From Alphaproteobacteria bacterium (lineage in GTDB: Bacteria > Pseudomonadota > Alphaproteobacteria > UBA828), in NCBI GenBank assembly GCA_965237415.1, contig CBDEFM010000001.1:384001-448000 (forward strand): DNA of 64,000 nt. The letters are read 5' to 3'. Both the position numbers and the translations under genes were made by a program. Position 1 is the first letter of the stretch. Every line of letters begins with the position of its first letter. The notes under the pieces were generated by a model. It ran no database searches. It was not told the origin of the DNA and saw only the letters and a program-made list of their open reading frames with translations. This document shows, piece after piece, positions 58,752 to 64,000 of this stretch.

Positions 58752-59237
58752 GTGGACCGGGATCCGGCCGGCGAGGCCCGGCTGGTCGAGGTGGTACTGG
58801 ACCCTGGCGCGGGATTTCGCCGGGGCCCCGATCTCGAGCACGAGCGCCGCATCGCCATCCACGACCTGCTGGAGGAGAACTCCTTCGCCCCGGCCGCAGG
58901 ATCGGGCGGCCCCTATCGGCTCCGCATCGGCCGGGAGGAGGGGCGGCTTCTCCTCGATGTGGAGGATGAAGCGGGGGTACCGCAAGCCCGCGCCGTGCTG
59001 CACCTCGGGTCGCTGCGCCAGACGCTGCGCGACTACGCAACCATTTGCGACACCTATCACGAGGCGATCAGGACCGCCCCGCGGTCCCGCATCGAGGCGA
59101 TCGACATGGGCCGGCGCGCCTGCCACAACGACGGCGCCGAGATTATTCGCCGGGAGTTGGCCGGCACCATCGATATCGACGAGACGACGGCGCGGCGGCT
59201 GTTCACGCTCGTCTATGCGCTCCATGTCCGGGTCTAG
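58752..59237 (+). CDS. UPF0262 family protein
   Basis: EHER.IAI.DLLEENSF, DY..IC..Y..AIR, IEAIDMGRR..HN, TARRLFTL; start approximate. Confidence 0.88.
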   Translation: MDRDPAGEARLVEVVLDPGAGFRRGPDLEHERRIAIHDLLEENSFAPAAGSGGPYRLRIGREEGRLLLDVEDEAGVPQARAVLHLGSLRQTLRDYATICDTYHEAIRTAPRSRIEAIDMGRRACHNDGAEIIRRELAGTIDIDETTARRLFTLVYALHVRV

Positions 59238-59245
59238 TCCCCGCC

Positions 59246-59692
59246 ATGGGCAGGCTCCCCGGCAGTATCCTCTTCGCCTGCACCTGGAACTCCGTGCGCT
59301 CGCCCATGGCGGAAGGGCTGATGAAGAGCCTCTTCGGCACCCGGCTCTTCGTCGATTCGGCGGGCGTGCGCAGCGGCGGCGGGCGTGATCCCTTCGCGGT
59401 GCTCGTCATGGCGGAGATCGGGATCGACATCGGCGGCCATCGGCCCAAGACCTTCGACGATCTCGAAAGCGACGCGTTCGATATGGTCATCTCGCTTTCG
59501 CCGGAAGCCCAGCATAAGGCGATCGAACTCACCCGCACGGCCCATTGCGAGATCGAATTCTGGCACACCCTCGATCCCAGCGTGGTCGAAGGCAACCGCG
59601 AGACCCGCCTGTTCGCCTACAGGGAGGTGCGTGACGGGCTCATGGCGCGGCTGCGCGAACGCTTCGGCGCGCCACGCCCGCCGGTGGTCTGA
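59246..59692 (+). CDS. Low-molecular-weight phosphatase / ArsC-family protein
   Basis: ILFACTWNSVRSPMAE, DSAGV, H.PK.F, ISLSPEA, DP. Confidence 0.88.
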   Translation: MGRLPGSILFACTWNSVRSPMAEGLMKSLFGTRLFVDSAGVRSGGGRDPFAVLVMAEIGIDIGGHRPKTFDDLESDAFDMVISLSPEAQHKAIELTRTAHCEIEFWHTLDPSVVEGNRETRLFAYREVRDGLMARLRERFGAPRPPVV

Positions 59693-59694
59693 GC

Positions 59695-60309
59695 GTGCCC
59701 TCCGCCGCGTCCCGCCCGCCTCTGGTGCTCGCCTCGGCGTCGCCCCGCCGCCGTGCGCTGCTGGAGCAGATCGGCTACGCACCGGACGTGGTGGAGCCTG
59801 CGGCGCTCGACGAAGCGGTGCTCCCCGGCGAGCGGCCGGAGGCGCACGCGGCCCGGCTCGCCCAGGCCAAAGCCACAGCCGTTTCAGCCCGCCATCCGAG
59901 GGCGTTCGTCCTCGGCGCCGATACGGTCGTGGCGTGCGGCCGGCGAATCCTCGGCAAGGCGGAGACCGAGGAGAGCGCGCGGCGCTGCCTCGCCCTCCTC
60001 TCCGGCCGGCGCCATCGGGTCTTTGGCGGGGTCACGGCGATCGACCCGGCGGGCCGCGCAGTAAGCCGCCTGGTGCGCACCGCGGTGACGTTCAAGCGGC
60101 TCTCGGAAGAGGAGATGGCGGCCTATCTCGCCGCCGGCGAATGGCGGGGAAAGGCCGGCGGTTACGCGATACAGGGGCGGGTGGCAGCCTTCGTCCGCTT
60201 CGTCGGCGGCTCCTACACCAATGTGGTGGGGCTGCCCGTTCACGAGACCTACCAGCTATTGGTCGGCCTCGGCCTGCCGCCCCGGCCGCCCGGCGCCGGG
60301 GACTCATGA
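59695..60309 (+). CDS. maf: Maf-family nucleoside triphosphate pyrophosphatase
   Basis: LVLASASPRR, ADTVV.CG.RILGK, LSGR.H.V, KAGGYAIQG, GSY.NVVGLP. Confidence 0.93.
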   Translation: MPSAASRPPLVLASASPRRRALLEQIGYAPDVVEPAALDEAVLPGERPEAHAARLAQAKATAVSARHPRAFVLGADTVVACGRRILGKAETEESARRCLALLSGRRHRVFGGVTAIDPAGRAVSRLVRTAVTFKRLSEEEMAAYLAAGEWRGKAGGYAIQGRVAAFVRFVGGSYTNVVGLPVHETYQLLVGLGLPPRPPGAGDS

Positions 60310-61709
60310 GCAAGACGACGCGCGATGGGGCGGGAGGCCCGGCGATCGACGAGCTGCTGATCACCGCGAGCCCCTATGGCATGCGCGCAGCCGGGGTCGC
60401 GGCCGGCCGGCCGGTCGCGTTCTTCATCGAAGCCGGCGCGAAGCCCAGTCGCATCGGCGACCTGCACGTGGCGCGCCCGCTCGGCAGGATGAAGGGCATC
60501 GACGCCTGCATCGTCGATATCGGTGAGGGCGAGGAGGCATTCCTCCAGGGGGCACGTAGCCTCGGCACCGATGGCGCGCAACCGATCGTGCAGGTCGTCT
60601 GCGACGCCTATGAGGGCAAACGCGCGCGGGTCACGCGGCGAGCGGTGCTGGCGGGCCGCTTCGCCACCTTCCGGCCCGGCGGGCGCGGACTCGCCTTCTC
60701 CCGCCGCCTCCGCGACCCGAAGGCTCGGCGCGTGCTCGCCGCCGCGCTCGATGAGGTGGAGACGCCCGGCGGCGCGCTGACGATCAGGGCAGCCGCCGGG
60801 GTGTGCCCGGACGAGGTGCCGGCCGCTGCCGCCGCGCTGGCGGCACGTTGGGAAGAGGCCCTAGCGTCCGCCAAGGGCGACCGGACCCCCCGGCGCCTTT
60901 GGCAGGCAGGCGGCCTGCTCGGGCGTCTGCTGCGCGACGTGGCAGCGCCAGGAACGACGAGCATCGCCATCGACGATCGCGCCCTGCTCGACCGGGCGGG
61001 CACGTTGGCCGCACGTGAGGCGCCGGATCTCACGCCTGCGCTCTCATACGCAGGCGCGGCACCGCCTGCGGGGCCGCTCTTCGAGCGCCACGATTGCGCC
61101 GGCCGGCTCGCGGCGGCGCTGGAACCCGAGGTCGTGTTGCCCGGCGGCGCCCGGCTCACGATCGAGGAAGCCCGCGCGCTCTGCGCGATCGACGTCGACA
61201 CGAGCCAAACCGCCGATGCCGTCGCAGCCGAGACCGCCGACGCCGCCGGGCGCGAAATCGTCCTGCGCAATCTCGGCGGGTTGATCGCGATCGACTTCGC
61301 AGGCCGCGGCGGGACCCGCGACCGGACGGCCCAGCTTGCAGCGCTCGGCCGCGCACTCAAGGCCGACCGGACCTCCCACCGCGTGCTCGGCGTCACCGCC
61401 GGCGGGGTGGTGGAGGTTAACCGCCAGCGGCTTGGCCCGAGCCTGCGGCAGGCCCTGACCGAGCCCGCAGGCGGCGTCTTTGGCGGGCGCAGGCTGCGGC
61501 TGGACGCGGCGGCCCACGAGGCGGCGGACGCCGCCCGGCGCGAGGCGGCGAGCGGGGCGCGGGCGCTCACACTGCGTGCCGCGCCTGCTTTCCTGGAAAC
61601 GCTTGCGGCCCCCGGCGACGGTGTGCTGGAACGCTGGCTGGGCATCCCGCTCACGCTCATCGCCGATCCGGCCCGGCCGCACGGCCGCTTTTCCATCGAG
61701 CGACGCTGA
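60306..61709 (+). CDS. Ribonuclease E/G family protein
   Basis: S1-like region (VDIG...AFL, VQV..D...GK..RVT), V.LPGG..L.IE...AL.AIDVD, REI.LRNLGGLI.IDF; follows maf. Confidence 0.8.
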   Translation: MSKTTRDGAGGPAIDELLITASPYGMRAAGVAAGRPVAFFIEAGAKPSRIGDLHVARPLGRMKGIDACIVDIGEGEEAFLQGARSLGTDGAQPIVQVVCDAYEGKRARVTRRAVLAGRFATFRPGGRGLAFSRRLRDPKARRVLAAALDEVETPGGALTIRAAAGVCPDEVPAAAAALAARWEEALASAKGDRTPRRLWQAGGLLGRLLRDVAAPGTTSIAIDDRALLDRAGTLAAREAPDLTPALSYAGAAPPAGPLFERHDCAGRLAAALEPEVVLPGGARLTIEEARALCAIDVDTSQTADAVAAETADAAGREIVLRNLGGLIAIDFAGRGGTRDRTAQLAALGRALKADRTSHRVLGVTAGGVVEVNRQRLGPSLRQALTEPAGGVFGGRRLRLDAAAHEAADAARREAASGARALTLRAAPAFLETLAAPGDGVLERWLGIPLTLIADPARPHGRFSIERR

Positions 61710-61727
61710 TCGCGGCCGCAAGGACGG

Positions 61728-62693
61728 ATGCTCGACCCACTCACCCATATCCAGCTCATCGGCGGTTTCGTTCTGCTCTTCGTGGGCGGCGAGGCGCTGG
61801 TGCGGGGCGCGGTCTCGCTCGCTCAGCGGCTGCACGTCTCGCCGCTGCTGATCGGGGCCACGGTGGTCGCCTTCGGCACCTCGATGCCGGAGCTTGTGGT
61901 CACCTTGCAGGCGGCGCTCAGGGGCTCGTTCGGCATCGCCTTCGGCAACGTAATCGGCAGCAATGTCGCGAACCTCATGCTCATCCTCGGCCTCGCCGTC
62001 GTGATTACGCCGGTCCTGGTTTCGCGGCGGGCGGTGGCGCGGGACGGTGGGGCCTTGATCGGTGCCACCGCGCTGCTCGTCGTGTTCACCTCGATGGGTA
62101 CGCTGGTCGCCTGGCAGGGAGCGTTGATGCTGGTCCTGCTCGGGCTGCTCACCTGCGCCTCCTACTGGCACGAGCGACGCCTCGGCGGCGAGAAGGGCAT
62201 CCGCCATCGACATGAGGCCGAGGAACGCCAGCACTTGCCGCAATCCATCTGGCTCGCCTTGCTCGCCGCGCTGCTCGGGCTCGCCGGCGTCAGCATCGGC
62301 GCCCACCTGATGGTCGGTGCCGCGACGATCATCGCGCGCGGCCTCGGGATCACCGAAACCGTGATCGGGATCACGGTCGTCGCAGTCGGCACCTCGCTGC
62401 CGGAGCTGGCCACCACCGTGGTGGCGGCCTATCGCAAGCATGCCGACGTCGCAATCGGCAACGTGCTCGGCTCCAGCGTGTTCAACATTCTTGCGATCCT
62501 GGGCGTCGTGACCGTGGTGACGCCGCTGCCGGTGCCGGACGAAATCTTGCACCTCGACATCTGGCTGTTGGCAGGCATCACCCTCCTCGTGATCGCGGTG
62601 GCGCTCGCCGGCGTGCGCCTGGGGCGGCCGTTCGGCGTGCTCCTCCTGCTTGGCTACGCGGCATTCGCGGCAATGCAATATCTCGGCTCATAG
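61728..62693 (+). CDS. Calcium/sodium antiporter (YrbG-like)
   Basis: Two alpha repeats GTSMPEL...GNVIGSN and GTSLPEL...GNVLGSS. Confidence 0.92.
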   Translation: MLDPLTHIQLIGGFVLLFVGGEALVRGAVSLAQRLHVSPLLIGATVVAFGTSMPELVVTLQAALRGSFGIAFGNVIGSNVANLMLILGLAVVITPVLVSRRAVARDGGALIGATALLVVFTSMGTLVAWQGALMLVLLGLLTCASYWHERRLGGEKGIRHRHEAEERQHLPQSIWLALLAALLGLAGVSIGAHLMVGAATIIARGLGITETVIGITVVAVGTSLPELATTVVAAYRKHADVAIGNVLGSSVFNILAILGVVTVVTPLPVPDEILHLDIWLLAGITLLVIAVALAGVRLGRPFGVLLLLGYAAFAAMQYLGS

Positions 62694-62770
62694 TGCCGGC
62701 CCAAAGGCGCGGGCGGCGCGTAGACAGGTGCGGCTCCGTCGCCTATACACAGGCCCGCATGCCGGCGTAC

Positions 62771-62843
<73 letters not shown>

Positions 62844-62904
62844 CCGGCACCTCGCGCCGGCGGCAGCGGACGGGCATTGCGACCGGACGAGGCGAGGACG
62901 GACC

Positions 62905-64000
62905 ATGACGCCGCAGGGCATGAGCTACGTGAGCGGCGCGAGCGAGCGGCCGCTGCTCGGCCTCACCATCGGCGCGCAGCTGGATCAGACGGCCGCGCGC
63001 TTCCCCGATAACGAGGCGCTGGTGGTCCGGTATCAGGACGTGCGCTGGAGCTACGGCACGCTCACGGAGAAGGTCGACGCATTCGCCGCAGGCCTGCTCG
63101 CGCTCGGGCTCGAGCCGGGCGACCGCATCGGCATCTGGTCGCCCAACAACAGCGAATGGGCGGTGACGCAGTTCGCCGCGGCGAAGGCCGGGCTGATCCT
63201 GGTCAACATCAATCCTGCCTACCGCCTCACCGAGCTCGAATACGCCCTCAACAAGGTCGAGTGCCGGGCGCTGGTCACCGCCGAATCGTTCAAGTCGAGC
63301 CGCTACATAGAGATGCTGCGCCAGCTCGCGCCGGAGCTCGACCGTGCCCGGCCCGGCGGGCTGAAGGCGGAGAAGCTGCCCCATCTCGAGACCGTCGTTC
63401 GCCTCGGCACCGAGACCACCGCCGGCATGTACAACTTCGACGAGGTGCCTGCCCTCGCGGGCGCTGCCGAACGCGACCGGCTGCACGTACTCGGCGGCCG
63501 GTTGCAGTTCGACGACCCGATCAACATCCAGTTCACCAGCGGCACCACGGGCTTCCCCAAGGGGGCGACGCTCAGCCACCACAACATCCTCAACAACGGC
63601 TACTTCAACGGCGTCACGCTGGGCTTGAGCGAGCGCGACCGGGTCTGCATCCCGGTGCCGCTCTATCACTGTTTCGGCATGGTCATGGGCAATCTGATGT
63701 CCGCCGCCTTCGGCGCGACCATGGTCTATCCCAGCGATGCCTTCGACCCGCTGGAGGTGCTCCGCACCGTCGAGGCCGAGCGCTGCACGGTGCTCTATGG
63801 TGTCCCCACCATGTTCATCGCCGAGCTCGACCATCCCGAGTTTGCGCGCTTCGATCTCTCCTCGCTGCGTACCGGCACGATGGCCGGCTCGCCCTGCCCC
63901 ATCGAGGTCATGCGCCGCGTGATCGGCGAGCTGCACATGGAAGAGGTGACCATCGCCTATGGCATGACCGAGACCAGCCCGGTGAGCTTCCAGTCGGCGA
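62905..64000 (+). CDS. AMP-dependent acyl-CoA synthetase, 3'-truncated by window edge
   Basis: [11 protein letters not shown]...; [39 protein letters not shown]; GAGG RBS. Confidence 0.92.
   Translation, partial: MTPQGMSYVSGASERPLLGLTIGAQLDQTAARFPDNEALVVRYQDVRWSYGTLTEKVDAFAAGLLALGLEPGDRIGIWSPNNSEWAVTQFAAAKAGLILVNINPAYRLTELEYALNKVECRALVTAESFKSSRYIEMLRQLAPELDRARPGGLKAEKLPHLETVVRLGTETTAGMYNFDEVPALAGAAERDRLHVLGGRLQFDDPINIQFTSGTTGFPKGATLSHHNILNNGYFNGVTLGLSERDRVCIPVPLYHCFGMVMGNLMSAAFGATMVYPSDAFDPLEVLRTVEAERCTVLYGVPTMFIAELDHPEFARFDLSSLRTGTMAGSPCPIEVMRRVIGELHMEEVTIAYGMTETSPVSFQSA

Noticed and set aside
62844-64000. Genomic island integrated at tRNA-Phe
   Set aside because: The downstream gene is an ordinary acyl-CoA synthetase with host-like composition; no integrase or att duplication

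Overview
High-GC window whose gene content and order look alphaproteobacterial (inference). It is dominated by organic-nitrogen catabolism. (1) 1-11.9 kb: purine degradation and uptake operon (xdhABC, nucleoside-type ABC transporter, puuD, uraD, guaD). (2) 11.9-24.7 kb: GntR-associated cluster combining an ABC transporter, an ATP-dependent hydantoinase/oxoprolinase A+B pair, an Xaa-Pro peptidase and putA, hypothesised to degrade a proline-containing lactam or cyclic dipeptide. (3) 24.7-27.8 kb: nested mobile-element debris. An IS21-like end is followed by an IS110 element with a strongly structured non-coding leader (bridge-RNA candidate). Its recombinase is split just before the catalytic Asp codon by a full-length IS630 and is then truncated by a decayed PLD-helicase defence gene. 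(4) 28-32 kb: a LarA (nickel-pincer) homologue with altered catalytic residues and a CxxC partner, divergent from an OYE-type flavin oxidoreductase. (5) 32-47.7 kb: plsB-like gene, two pcm paralogues, a frameshifted HEPN-like remnant with a scrambled 3' end, GST, and a cluster of flavin monooxygenases and amidohydrolases. (6) 47.8-64 kb: metY, sarcosine oxidase soxBDAG, the murA-hisG-hisD-maf-RNase E/G block (without the usual infA and yacG), a Ca/Na antiporter, tRNA-Phe and a partial acyl-CoA synthetase. A small MITE-like repeat family (TAGCCCGGATTTCTCACCA ends) recurs at cluster boundaries. No CRISPR array or rRNA was seen. All calls come from manual reading and motif recognition; no database search was run.
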